NCBI RefSeq assembly: GCF_009914755.1
Contig: NC_060928.1
Reading direction: 5' to 3' (one strand)
Source of the DNA: the human T2T-CHM13v2.0 reference genome, Homo sapiens
DNA length: 64,000 bases
This document shows positions 1-14,808 of the stretch, piece after piece (the stretch's first letter is position 1; each line of letters starts with the position of its first letter). The notes under the pieces are model-generated. The model made no database searches and was not told the DNA's origin. It saw only the letters and a list, made by a program, of their open reading frames with translations. The position numbers and the translations under genes are program-made.

Positions 1-204
1 CTGTTTTGGCTCTGTTTCCAGCCTGTAATTGTGGGCATACTTTAAAGGCTGGGCTAGTAACCTTGCATCCTTCTATTTCTCTTTAAAACATCTCCTTGTG
101 AAAGCATCTTTTCTCATAACTGCTATTATTGTCCTATGCTGATGACTCTCTAAGTCCAAACTTCCATTTGCATTTACAACTAGGTGATCAAAAATATCTT
201 GAAA

Positions 205-330
205 GCTGGGCATGGTGGTTGCATTCCTGGAGACCCATCTATTCAGGAGGCTGAGGTGGGAGGATTGCTTGAGCCCATGAGTCCAAGTCCAGCCTGGGCA
301 ACATAGTGAGACCTTGTCTTTAAAAATAAT
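205..330 (+). mobile_element. Alu monomer (FLAM-like)
   Basis: gctgggcatggtgg...gaggattgcttgagccc...gagaccttgtctttaaaa. Confidence 0.8.
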
Positions 331-439
331 ATGTTGAGAATCCTTCCACATAAATATCCTTTATGATATCCAAAACCAAGTTTATTTTGCCCTTTATCTC
401 CATAACAGTTACTCAACTTTTTCATTTCCCTTTATAGCA

Positions 440-720
440 CACTCTTCCAGTCTCTCAGGGCAAAAATGTTGGTGTTATTCTTGACCCCTTCATTTCCTTT
501 ATCTTTTCTATGACTATCTGAACTTGAATCACTACAGTTCTTCGTGGCAGACCATTTTGATTCTCTTCCCTCAAATTCATTTTGCGTAATCTTCTCAGAT
601 TAGTCATCTCCAAACAAAATTTTAGGCACGCTGATTCTCTGCTCAAAACTACAGTGGTTCCCATTGCTTCCTCCATTAATATCCAAGTCTAGTTTCAGAG
701 ACCTCTTTATCTGACTCTAC
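440..720. mobile_element. Degraded L2 fragment
   Basis: Resembles L2 3' region (ttggtgttattcttgacccctt...ctctgctcaaaac...gtggttcccattgc). Confidence 0.45.
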
Positions 721-990
721 CCTACCTGTGTTTTCCAGTTCTCCCCAGTAAGAACTCCCTCTTCCACTCTTATTTTCTCCACCTGACTTCACACACCCAT
801 TCCAACCACTTGGAATACCGTCCTTCATGTGTTCTGTGATACCACGACATTTAGGATCTACCTCAAGTACTGCAGTATATTGAGATTTATCACACTTTTA
901 TTCATATTACTTTTGGTGTTATCTCATTTGAAGTACAAATGTACAATATTCCAGGGAGTTAAACTAAGGACAGTGGTTATTCCTGGTTTT

Positions 991-1407
991 TGTCAGGTCT
1001 GAGGTTTACCTGCTTTAACAAATTAATAAAGCCTCTTGCTGTTTCTTGGATGCTGGCAAAAGACACAAGACTCCTAGGTCAGAGATAAAGGACTTTATTA
1101 CTCATGACAGTGCAAGCAGCCTGAGCATCTGCATATCTGTGCCAGTTCTTCTTGGACCAGAGTCCCATGGGGTGACACTGGATGGCTCAGTGACATGCTT
1201 CACACGTGGTAGGTTTGTGTTGCAGATGAAGAAGGCCAAGTTGGGAGAACCCATTGTTTTTATAGGAAGCAGTAGGAAAGCTTCGTCTCTCATTATCAGG
1301 TTCATAAATGGCCCAGGAAAGAGTGGTCAGGGCCGTATAGTCTTGACATAACCCAGTAAAGAAATGTAGGTGCCCAAGAGGTCCAAGGAGGATTGTCTTC
1401 CCCAACA
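991..1407 (-). mobile_element. Solo ERVL LTR, LTR40-like
   Basis: TG...CA termini; minus strand begins TGTTGGGGAAGACAATCC and ends AATAAAGTCCTTTATCTCTGACCTAGGAGTCTTGTGTC...CTCAGACCTGACA, as in the recalled LTR40 consensus. Confidence 0.7.
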
Positions 1408-2128
1408 TTTTACAGATGAAACAGAAGAATGAGGATTTCCCCCAACATCACTCAGGGAATATGAGAGAGACAGATCTAACCCTTCTAGATCATAGATCTA
1501 ACTGCGATTGCCCTCTCACATCCATTTACATTGTTTTTCTTTTCTTTTCTTTTCTTTTTTTTATACCTAGGTAAAGCCCAAAACATTTAAATTATTTCTA
1601 TGCAATAAATTGAGCAAACCAAGGAATTCTTGGGTTGTATTTACCACCTAAATTTCTTATGTTGTATCAAAACAACGAAGGTTTGTCCTAACTTCTAAAT
1701 GTTTCCAGAAATCTTCTAGGTATTCTTCTGCAGCATGGAATTCTCAGGTAAAGGTAACTGAAGAAGTCTGGGAAACTTTCCAAAACTAAAATTGATTATA
1801 TTATGATATGGGAGCCCAATGAAGAAGAAATCAGTGTGTTTCCTAGGGAACTCTTGTGCAAGCTAATATATTTTTTTTTAATCTATTAAAGATTAGAGAA
1901 ATGTATACCTAACCAAGAATGAGTAAGAGTATATGAAAATAATGGTTTTGGTTAAGTAAGCTGACTCATTTCAATGCTAAAGCCCATCAAAAGGGTTTTT
2001 TTTTTTTTTGGTTATATACGGAGGTAGAAGAAACTACACTAGTTTCTTCTTACCTTCTTACAGGAGGCCAGCAGCTAAACCTTGACCTGGAGTAAGAGAA
2101 AGCAGAATTACTTTTTTCTTGTCTTGTC

Positions 2129-2650
2129 TTTTTTTTTTTTTTTTGAGACAGGATCTCACTCTGTTGCCCAGGCTAGAAGGTGGTGGCACAGCTCACTGTA
2201 GCTTACACTTTCCAGGCTCAAGCCATCCTCCCACCTCAGCTTCCCAAGGAGCTGGGACTACAGGTTTGCACCACCACACCCAGCTAATTTTTTGTGTGTT
2301 TTTTATGGAGAGGGGGTCTCACCTTGTTGCCTAGCCTGGTCTTGACTCCTGAGGTCAAGCTATCCATCTGCCAGCCTCAGCCTCCCAAAGTGCTGGGATT
2401 ACAGGTGTGAGCCACTGTGCCCAGCCAGAATTTTACTTTTACTTTAAATTTTTTACTTTTAATTATGAAACTTTTTTTTTTTTTTAAAGAGACAGGGTCT
2501 CAACCCTGTTGCCCAGGCCAGAGTACAGTAGCATGATCATAGCTCTCGTAGCTCTCTGTAACTTTGAACTCTTGGTTCAAGTGACCTTCCTGCCTTACCT
2601 CAGCCCCGAGTAGCTAGGGCTATGGGTGCGTACCACCAAGTCCAGCTTAA
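2129..2650 (-). mobile_element. AluJ (2129-2427) plus a partial Alu (2471-2650)
   Basis: Poly-T followed by antisense Alu bodies. Confidence 0.88.
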
Positions 2651-2989
2651 TTACACAACTTTTTATAGTACGTAAAAAGAATAGCTTAATGAACTTAAAT
2701 ATCTCCATCACCAGCTTCAGTAATTATTGCCAATCTTATTTAATCTAATACCTCCATTTTTGTTTCTGGAGCATTTTAAAGCAAACTCCAAACATTACAT
2801 CTCAGCACCTGTAAATCCTTCAGTGTCAGAGCTAACAAAATTAACAACAAAGTCTTATAGTGTCTCAGCCCATTTTCAAAGTCTGTTGATTGTCTCAAAT
2901 ATGTCTTTTTATAGTTGGTTTATTTGAATCAAGAAACATACAAGTTATATATTATTATTATGTCTAAAAACTTTAGTGGTTTTTTTCTA

Positions 2990-5890
2990 ATAATAGCCTT
3001 ATTGAGGTACAATTCACATACCATAAAGGTCACCACTTTAAAGTGTACAATTCAGTGGTGGTTAGTATAGTCACAAAGCTGTGCATCCATCACCACTCTC
3101 TAATCGAAGAATATTTTCATCACCTTTTCTAAAAAGAAACTCTGTACCCATTAATAACCACTCTCTATTCTTCCTCCTCCCAGCCGCTGGCAACCACTAG
3201 TCTATTTTCTGTCTCTGCAGTTTTTTTTTGAGGGGCTTCTTCAAGTATTTACATATGTCTCTCTCCATAGATTTGCCTATTCTGGGCATTTTATATAAAC
3301 AAAAATAAAATATGTGGTCTTTTGTGTCAGGCTTCTTTCACTTAGTATATGTTTTCAAGGGTTATCCATGTTGTAGCATGTATCGTAACTTCATTTCTTT
3401 TTATGGATTAATAATATTGTATGGGCATATCATATTTTGTCTATTGGTTGGTGGACATTTGGCTTGTTTCACTTTGGGGCAAATTATGAATAATACTGTG
3501 AACATTAATGCATACATTTTGTGTGGATATATTTTTTAAATAATTTCAGCTCTTGTTTTAGATTCAGGGGCTACATGCGCAGGTTTGTTACATGGGTATA
3601 CTGTGTGATGCTGAGATTTGGGGTATGATGGATCCTGTCACCCAGGTAGTGAGCATAGTACCCAACAGTTAGTTTTTCTGCTTCCCTCCCACCACCCTCT
3701 AGTAGTCTTCAGTGTCTATTGTTGGCATTTTTATGATGTGTGGACATGTTTTCATATTGAAAATGTTGAATTGCTGGGTCAAATAACTCATATGTTTAAT
3801 TTTTTGGAGAATTGCCAGACTGCCAAAGCAGCTGGACCATTTTACACTCCTACAAGCAAGGCACAAAAGTTTCCAGTTTTCCACATTCTTGCTAATACCA
3901 TTTGCTTCAATGAATAATTATTATTGTTATCCTAGTGAGTGTGAAAAGGTATCTCATCTTGATTTGTATTTCTCTAATTAGCATCTTTTCATATGCTTTC
4001 TGGCCATTTGTCTATCTTCTCTGCAGAAATGTATATTTCAAGCCTTTGCCCATTCTTTTTTACTAGGATTATTTCTCTTCTGTTGTTAAATCATAATAAT
4101 TATTTATACATTCTGGATATTGGATCTGATTTGCAAATATTTTCTGCCATTCTGTGGGTTGTCTTTTCACTTTCTTGATGATGTCGTTTGAAACACAAAT
4201 GTTTTTATTTTTGATGAAGTCCACCTTACCTATTTTTTCTTTTGTTGCTAAACCATTGCCTAGCCTATGGTTATAAAATATTTAGACCTGTGTTTCCTTC
4301 TAAGAGTTTTATAGTTTTAGCTCTTACACTTTGGTCTCAGATCTATTTTGAGCTTTTTAAAAAATTATTTTGCATTTGGATATCCAATTATCCTACCACC
4401 ATTTGTTGCAAATAATAATTTTTGTAATTTTAGTAGAGATGGGGTTTCACCATGTTGGCCAGGCTGGTCTTGAACTCCTGACCTCAAGTGATCCACCCAC
4501 TTAGGTCTCCCAAAGTGCTGGGATTACAGACGTGAGATACCGCGCCCAGCCTGATCTTTTAAAATTTCTTGCAGCAAAGTTTTATAGTTTTCCATGTACA
4601 AGTCTTGTACTTCTTTTGTTAAGTTTATTGGTAAATATTTTTCTGGTGCTATTGTAAATGGAATTGTTTTTAAATTTCTTTTTCGAATTGTTTGTTGCTA
4701 ATGTATACAAATATAATTAATTTTTGTGTATTGATCTTGTACCTTACAACCTTGCCAAACTCATTTTATGTACATACTTTGTGTGTGTGTGTGTGGATTC
4801 CTTAGGATTTTTTATATACAAGATCATGTCATCTGCAAATATAGTTTTACTTCTTCCTTTTCAAACTGGATGCCTTTCATTTCCTTTTCTTGCCTACTTG
4901 CCCTGGCAAGACTCGCCTATACAATTTGGTTAGAAGTAGCAAAAGTGGGCATCCTTGTCTTGTTCCTGATCTTTGAGAAAGCCTTCAGTCTTTTGCCATC
5001 AAGTTTGTTAGCTGTGAGTTTTTTGTAGATGCCCTTTGTCAAGCTAAGGAAGTTCTTTCTCTTCCTAGTTTGTTGAATGTTTTTATCATTAATGGATATT
5101 GGAACTTGTCAAGTACTTTGTCTGCTTCTAATGAAATGACCATGTGATGTCTTTCTTTACTCTGTTAATTTGGTGTATTACACTGATTGAGTTTTGTGTG
5201 TTGGACCGACCTTGCATTCTGTGATTAATCCCACTTGGTCCAGTTATATAATCCTTCTTATATGTTTCTGGATTTGGTTTACCAGTATTTTGTTAAGGAT
5301 TTTTGTGTCTGTATTCATAAGGAGTATTGATCTATAGTTTTCTTATGATATCTTTATCTGATTTGGTCTCAAGGTAATATTAGTGTCATAGAATGAGTTC
5401 GGAAGTTCTCTCTTCTAATTTTTGGAATAGTCTGTCAAGGATTGGTGTCAATTCCTTAAATGACTGGTAGATTTTAACAACGAGACTATCTGGTCCTGGC
5501 CTCCTCTGTATGCTATTTTTTTATTATTATTACTAATTCAGGATCTTTACTTGTAGGTCTGTTCAGATTTCCTATTTCTTCTTATGTCAGTTTTGGTAGT
5601 TTGTGTCTAAGAAATTGTCCATTTTGTCTAGATTATCTAATATGTTGACATACAGTTGTCCGTAGTATTCCCTTATAATCCTTGTTTCTGTAATGTCAAT
5701 ACTACTGTCCCCTCTTTCATTCCCGATTTTAGTAATTTGAATCTTCTCCCTTTTCTACTGATCAGTCTAGCTAAATGTCAGTATTGTTAATCTTGTCAAA
5801 GAGCCAACTTTGGATTTTATTGATTTTTCTCAGTAGTTGTTTTTGCTTTTTAATTTATTTCTGATCTAATCTTTATTATTTCCTTCCTCC
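2990..5890 (-). mobile_element. Old L1M element (3' UTR and decayed ORF2), with a nested L1PA-like 3' fragment (~3535-3720) and a half-Alu (4417-4552)
   Basis: T-rich antisense L1 signature (attgaggtacaattcacatac..., ctattgtaaatggaattg, gaaagccttcagtctttt, tatctggtcctgg). Confidence 0.85.
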
Positions 5891-5989
5891 TAGGGCTTTC
5901 TACTTATATACATGTATGTTGGTTGCCCTTGATGAAGCCAACTGTGAAATCATGGAATTATAATATGCTAGCTAGGAGAGTGATCTAGG

Positions 5990-6150
5990 CCAGTGCTTCT
6001 CAAACTTTAATGCACATACAGATTGCTTGGGGATCTAGTTAAAGTGCAAAACCTGATTCAGTGGTAGTGTTGAAGTCTACAGCTTCCCTTGTCTAAAAGC
6101 TTTCCTGGTTATGCCAGTGTTGATGTTCTGAGACCAGAGAGTAGAAAGGA
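5990..6150. mobile_element. MER5-type hAT-Charlie fragment
   Basis: cagtgcttctcaaactttaatgcacat...ggggatctagttaaagtgca...ctgattcagt. Confidence 0.65.
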
Positions 6151-6498
6151 TCTAGTTCATTTGGTATCAATCATTTGTGGGATTTTCCAAACAGAACATG
6201 TCATTTCTCTGGTTCCAGGTATATTAATATGTCTCTCCCTTTGAGAATCAGTGCTGCTATATGTCATTATGACTATTATGAATGTGCATGGTTTCCAAGG
6301 GAAAAAACTGAACAAGCCCAACCCTCTCATTTTACTGATGAGGAAATTGAAGCTTCAAAGGGGTGAGATTTCTTGCCTGAAGTCATATAATAGGTTAATT
6401 GGCTCCATGGATGAGTATATTAATCCTTTCTGATGACAAGTCCTAACTCAGTGAAGTTCATCATTGATTATACTGTTACCAAGAAAAGGTAGCAATGA

Positions 6499-6824
<326 letters not shown>

Positions 6825-7094
6825 GTTAATTTTTTTGACTAACCCCTTTAACAGATTTCAATCCAGAGAAAATGTTACTTAAGTAAATTTTCTTATTATT
6901 GAGTAGAAATATGATACCTGAGACGCCATTAAGAATAGATAGATATAGTTATGGATATAGATATATAGATATTCTAAGGGTCCTAAGACTCTATTATAAT
7001 TTTTTTTTTTTTTTGTAAATGAGGATAGAATAAAAGTTCATGATTGTCTCATACAAATAAGTGTCATCAGGCTAACTAAATGGTGTTTTATTAC

Positions 7095-7237
7095 AAGGTC
7101 TTTTTCAGTACTTTCACTTCTTTCTTTCACAATTAAGGACTCATTTTCTGTCCAGTTTTATACGCTAAGGTCTTTTTAGTACTTTCACTTCTTTCTTTCA
7201 CAATCAAGGACTCATTTTCTGTCCAGTTTTATACTCT
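7095..7237. repeat. Tandem duplication of a 72/71-bp unit
   Basis: Copies at 7095-7166 and 7167-7237 differ by 2 substitutions and 1 indel. Confidence 0.95.
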
Positions 7238-7365
7238 AAGAACAATTATTGCAAAAGTTCAAAATAGATTTATTTAAAATTATTGTTCTTCAGTCATTCC
7301 CAACATAGAGTAAGCTTTTCTTTCTATATGTTTCTGTTAGTTTGTTGTTTTTAATCTCATATTAA

Positions 7366-7665
<300 letters not shown>

Positions 7666-8140
7666 AAAAGCTTTTACACATCTTTGAAAAGTCTTCTGTG
7701 TGATAACCATTTTGTTTCTTATATAAGATAAAAGCTTTAATCTGTTAGATAATAAGAAAATTCTGAAGAATAACTATGATTGTGCTACATATTAATATCA
7801 ATTATTCTCTGCCAAGAATTGCATATAACATACTTAATACTAATATTAAATATATCTTTCTTTTCCTTCAATTATTTAGAAAACATTTCAAGATTTTGCT
7901 GTATGAACATTAGTCATTGCATTATAAGAAGATAAAATGGCACCTTGGTGACATGATTTGTTTTCAGAACAATATGACTCACTGTCACTGTTAGCTATAT
8001 GACTTCAGATCACTTTTATCATCACTATTAACTAAATGAGCTACATGACTCTGTAAAGTTTATTAAAATACCCTTATATGGAAATTAGCAGTCTTGAAGA
8101 GATACAGTGAAGAATCACATGCTTTTTGAAAGAACATTGA

Positions 8141-8445
8141 GGTCGGGTACGGTGGCTCATGCCTGTAATCCCAGCACTTTGGGACACTGAGGCGGGCGGA
8201 TCACGAGGTCAGGAGATCAAGACCATCCTGGCTAACACAGTGAAACTCCGTATCTACTAAAAATACAAAAAGTTAGCCGGGCGTGGCAGCAGGTGCCTGT
8301 AGTCCCAGCTACTCAGGAGGCTGAGGCAGGAGAATGGCGTGAACCTGGGAGGCGGAACTTGCAGTGAGCTGAGATCACGCCTCTGCACTCCATCCCGGGT
8401 GACAGAGCGAGATTCTGTCTCGAAAAAAAAAAAAAGGAAAAAAAG
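8141..8445 (+). mobile_element. AluY
   Basis: Diagnostic gaccatcctggctaacac and gagaatggcgtgaacc; TSD aagaacattga. Confidence 0.92.
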
Positions 8446-8519
8446 AACATTGATTTGAGAACCAGTCAACATAATGTATTATTTTAACTATAGTCACTTC
8501 CACATGATTTCTTTAGTCC

Positions 8520-9310
8520 AGTGCTCTTGCTGTATTCCCCACCAATGTGATCTGCACCATCGTCCATCTAATCGCCAAAACTACAAATAGGGAAGTTACT
8601 CTCCATTCTCCTTGACTATGTCCAGATAGTCAAGCTATGAAATGCTAACGTTCTACCCCAGAATGTCTCTCCATGCTGACTCCCTCTTCTCCATACAGCC
8701 CCACTGCTCTAGTTCTACCCTTTATTATTTATTTTCCTCTGCCATTGCAGTAGACCCTTACTTGCCCCTCAGCTTTGAGTTCATGCACCCTTCCAATCAT
8801 CTTCCAAAAGGATGCAAGAATGGCTTCTCTAAAATTCAAATTTGTGACATCACATCCCACGTTAAAGTCTTCACTGACTTTAAGGTGAAATCTGTACTCC
8901 TTAAACAAGGTCCTTAGCAGTCTGCCCTTGTCTCTTTCTCTTGTCTCATCTCTAATACTTAAACCCCTGGCATTTTTTCAGTGTTGTTTTTCTTCTGTGT
9001 ATGTTATGTTCTTCCATACTTCTGTACCTTTACCTAAGCTATTCCTTCCATCCTGTTCCCTTCACATCTCTACTGCTACCCCTTCCTTACGTGACTCCTT
9101 TCTTTTTATCCTTTAAGATTGAACTCAAAAGTCTCATCCTCTGAGGATTTATAGAAACACACGGGGCCCCTAAAATTGAAGGAAAAATAGGGAGCCAGGT
9201 CAGATACCTTTCTCCTATGCATATTCCCCTGGTATCCTGTATATACCATTGTTGGAGTTCTTACTGCAGTGTAGTTGCAGTACTTCTCAGTCTTCTCCAC
9301 AGAAGTGCAC
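8520..9310. mobile_element. Degraded L2
   Basis: Pyrimidine-rich L2-like sequence (tttctctaaaattcaaatttgtgacatcacatccc...aactcaaaagtctcatcctctg). Confidence 0.5.
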
Positions 9311-9458
9311 CCAATGTCAGAGGAAATTGTATTATGCTTACAGCCTGCCTGAAACCCTAAATTAATGACATCAATTATCTTAGTTTTAAGAAATGTAGAA
9401 AACTAACATTTCCATAGAATAGGTTTATGTCATTTAACAAAAAAAAATTTTTTTAATT

Positions 9459-10102
<644 letters not shown>

Positions 10103-10818
10103 ATATTTGTCCTGGAATAAAATTGATCTTTGTTAAATATGATTATGTTTATCCTGAAATTTCAGGTGTTTGCTGTACACTGCCCTATTTGTTCTCTATA
10201 AGTTTGTATTAACCAACTGCGATAAATAGTAAGCACTTTGATGGCAGGGACTAAGTCTATTATTACCTCTGTATTTCTAGCATTAAAACAATATCTAACA
10301 CATAGTAGATGTTCAATATGTATTGAAAAAAATAATTGCATGAAAGTTCTCTATTGGAATGATAGTGTTAAATGCCAGTGTTGTGAACATTTTAAAATTT
10401 TAAATCATTTTTCTCATAGGAAAAGCTTGACTGATGATATCATGAAAGTCATGCATGTTTTAAAATGGCTTTCTGGCTTATACAATATAACAGAATCTTT
10501 TTTTACTTTATATAGTTAAAAGTACAAAATACACAGAAAAGAATCCTATATTATAAGTATTCAGCTCAGTACAATGTTACACACACAACATGCTTGCATA
10601 ATAAACACCCATACCAACAAACAGAAATTCACCTGCCCTCAGAAGCCCCTCCATACTCTGTCAGGTCATTGCAGCCCTTTTTAACAGGATAGGTTAGTTT
10701 TGCAAAATCATTTTACACTTGAATAGTATTTAAGACAAGTAATGTTGAATAGAAAATATTCTGTGACAAATCAGGTTAATGATTTAATATTCATTATTAG
10801 CAGCCAACATTATTTGTA

Positions 10819-10927
10819 GGCCAGGTGTAGTGGCTTATACCTTTAATCCCAGCACTTCGGGAGGCCAACATGGGAGGATGGCTTGAGGCCAGGAGTTCAA
10901 GACCAGTTTGAGCAACATAGCAAGACT
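10819..10927 (+). mobile_element. Alu left monomer/FLAM
   Basis: ggccaggtgtagtggct...caagaccagtttgagcaacatag. Confidence 0.8.
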
Positions 10928-11227
10928 AAATAGCCATACTTTTGTATACTATTCAGCACAAAAATGTTAATAATAAGAATTAAATAATACTCATTTTAGC
11001 TTTTGTGTTCATTTACAATGAGCAATATATTCTTTTTAAAATTTTTGATGTGTAATAATTATACATATTTAGGGATACAGACTGACATTTTGGCTCATGT
11101 ATACAATGTAATGATCAAATCAGGGTAATTAGCATATCTCTTGCCTCAAACACTTATTTATTAATTTTGGGAATATTCAAAATCCTCTCTTCTAGCTATT
11201 TGAAAATATAAAAAAAAAAAAATTATT

Positions 11228-11529
<302 letters not shown>

Positions 11530-11826
11530 CTATAGTCACCATACAATGCTACAGAACACTAGAACTTACTCATCTTATCTAGTTGTAGCTTTGCATCTGT
11601 TAACCAACCTCTCCCTATCTTCCCCTCCTCCATACTCTTTTCATTTTCTAATAATCACAATTCTACTCTCTACTTCTATGAGCTCAACTTTTTTAGCTTC
11701 CACATATGAGTGAGAACATGTGGTATTTATCTTTCTGTCCCAGACTTATTTCACTTAACATAATGTCCTTTAGGCTCATCCATGTTGCCATGAATCATAG
11801 GATTTCATTCTTTTTATGGCTGAATT

Positions 11827-11837
11827 TGTGTGTGTGT

Positions 11838-11869
<32 letters not shown>
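11827..11869. repeat. (TG)n microsatellite
   Basis: About 21 TG units with one interruption. Confidence 0.95.
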
Positions 11870-12267
11870 ATACCACATTTCTTTATTCATGTTGATGACA
11901 CTTAGGTTGATTTCATATCTTGGTTATTGTGAATAGTGCTGAATTAAACATGGGAATGCAGCTATCTCTTTGTTATATCGATTTCCTTTCCTTTGGATAA
12001 ATATCTGGTAGTGGGATTGCTGAATCATATGGTAGTTCTACTTTTAGTTTTTTGAGGAACCTCCGTACAGTTTTCCATAAAGGCTATACTAATTGACATT
12101 CCCACCAACAGTGTATAAGAATTCCCTTTTTTCTGCATCCACACCAGCATTTTTTATTTTTTGTCTTGTTAGTAATAGCCATTCTGAGTGAATTGTTACT
12201 TTTAAGCTCTTATCTCTAACAATCAAATTACTATAACAGATTTTTGTTTCACTTTCATTTGTTTAGA

Positions 12268-12490
12268 TTAGTAGTTCTCAATGTGGAAGGACCTGATTTA
12301 ATCTCCCAAAGAATATTTGGCAGTGTCTGGAGACATTTTTGGTTGTCTTAACCCACCAAAAACAGTTGTCAGTGCTACTGACATCTAGTGTTACCCACTA
12401 CTGGGTTGCTGTGAAAATTAGTTTTCAGAACAGAGCCCCATAAAAATGAATTATCTAGCTTAAAATGTCAACAGTGCCAAGGTTGAGAGT
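12268..12490. mobile_element. MER20 (hAT-Charlie)
   Basis: agtagttctcaa...atttggcagtgtctggagacatttttggttgtc...aaaatgtcaacagtgccaaggttgaga. Confidence 0.8.
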
Positions 12491-12534
12491 AGTGTTTTTT
12501 AAAGAATGGGTAGGTTGTTTATGTTTGATGGAAG

Positions 12535-12750
12535 TTAGTTTAAATAGATTGTAGCACCTTACTAATGGAGTCCATGATATCAGAAATTTAATTCCCATAG
12601 ACGCTAGTTAACCTGTCTGTAGTTCATGCACTCCAGACCTCAGCCAGATGTCTTAAACATTTCTGCTGCAGATTATAAGAAGAACAAGATGAGAAAATGT
12701 AGATGGGTTGGTATAAATCTATCACTACTTCTGGAAAAATGTCTCAATAT
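12535..12750 (+). mobile_element. Ancient tRNA-derived SINE (MamSINE1-like)
   Basis: Decayed tRNA-like head followed by gagaaaatgtagatgggttggtataaatctatcactacttctggaaaaa, resembling the recalled MamSINE1 3' part. Confidence 0.5.
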
Positions 12751-12946
12751 GATATTTTTTACTTAACCCAAGTCTATCTCTCACCACATGACTAGTTCTC
12801 ACTACGTTGGAATCAGCTTGTAAACTTTGACTAGCAGCATTGTTTAATCTTGTTATAAGTTCCTGAATTAATGGTCTACAGGCTTGAGGCAGAGTGAATG
12901 CCTCAAAGTTATGGGCAGGCAGTTATCTAGTACCAACCATAGTCTC

Positions 12947-12960
12947 CTGCCATCTATTGG
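12947..12960 (-). promoter_or_regulatory. Candidate CTCF motif
   Basis: Minus strand CCAATAGATGGCAG versus core CCASYAGRKGGCRS, one mismatch. Confidence 0.35.
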
Positions 12961-13679
12961 GAGGTGTCAGGTGGGAAGGCTAGTAGCCCTCTACACATAT
13001 TCATACCCACACCCCAGCTCTATTTTTTTTTTTTGAGTAATTATAGGAGGTCAGAAACACTAGAATGTACATACATGCTGGTAATAAATGGAAATTAATA
13101 TCTGATAGTTTTCTTCATGGCTGTCTTTCAGGGCATAGTTTTCCATGTATTTTGCTGTCCTCTTGTGAGAATACTACCCTTGACAAGTTGATCTACATTT
13201 AAGCTATGGCCACATTTAAACTATGGCCCTAAAACATTTGTTGTTATGCAAGAAAGAATTAATGGTGATATATACCAATTCTGACTCTCACATAAAGTGT
13301 TTCTCCAAAAGTAACCTCAGACAACATAACAACAAACCAAGATTTATATAGTTGGAATTGCAAATCCGTAAGTCCTTAAACTTAATGAGAAGATTAATTT
13401 GGAATTTGACCATTTGACTCTGCTCATTTAACTTTGAAAGCAGATATAAATAAAAACCTTGTATGAAGAAAATTGCTTGGGATAATTTGCATTAAACAGT
13501 CTGTTTTTTGCTAAGTGGCTTATTTGTATTATGGAAGCATAGCCTTATTAGTATTTTTAGTCTTCCTAAGAAGAAATGGAATACATCATAGAGCTCTAGG
13601 CCTTCTTTAGTTTTCAGTACAAATTTGGTATATTTGGTGTTTGGGAGGATATACATGGCATAAGGTAAAGAGAGCATTA

Positions 13680-14120
13680 GCTTTCACGTCAGATCCAGGT
13701 CCAGATTCTGCCACTTATAAACTGTTACACCTTGGACCACCTAGCTATTATGGGCCTGCTTTAGCACCGGAAAGAAGGGAGAATACCTAAATATGATGAG
13801 AGAATAAGTAGGTAAAATAATCATGTAAAAGAATGGTCAGGAGGAGTCTGGCCTCTGGCTCTGTCATTTATTATTGTCTGTGCCCATGGGCCGGCTGCAA
13901 CTATTTGATTGACCTAAAATGGGATGGTGACTTGCCCGAGGTCATACAGTGAGTCAGGGCAGAGCAGCTGAAGCTTTACTCTCTAAGTCTCATTTTCCTT
14001 CCCTGTAAAATTGTTGTATTGGTGACTGTCTCACAGCATGTTGTAAGGAGAGATGGAGATCATAATTGTAAGAGGTAGCCCACAGTGCTGGCACAGTGTA
14101 AGCACCAATAAATGAAGGTA
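13680..14120. mobile_element. MIR fragments
   Basis: ttctgccacttat..., gtgacttgcccgaggtcatacag, cacagtgctggcacagtgtaagcaccaataaatg. Confidence 0.6.
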
Positions 14121-14501
14121 ATGAGTACAATAAAATGTGTCACTTAGCCCCTTTCCCCAAATAGTTTATCCATCTGGTTGATGAGAGCCATACACTGTAT
14201 GCTAAGACTTAAAAATGTGGGAGTTGATTAAGTTCTAGTACTGCATTATACTAATAATGCTAGTGCATAGTTTAAAGAATAATAAAATACCATAATGCAA
14301 AGTTTGTTTAAGCCCTTTACCCTTTTTTTCCTACATTGGGGCTTTATTTTTAGAGCACTTCACAAATTATGCAGAGAAAAGAGGGGTAGGCAAGAATGGA
14401 AGCAGAGAGAGCAGTGTGAAGGTAGTACAGTAGGGAGTTATGACAGATGCTTAGGTTAGGGTGATAGCAGAGGTGGTGGTGAGACTATTAAAAGACTACT
14501 C

Positions 14502-14808
<307 letters not shown>

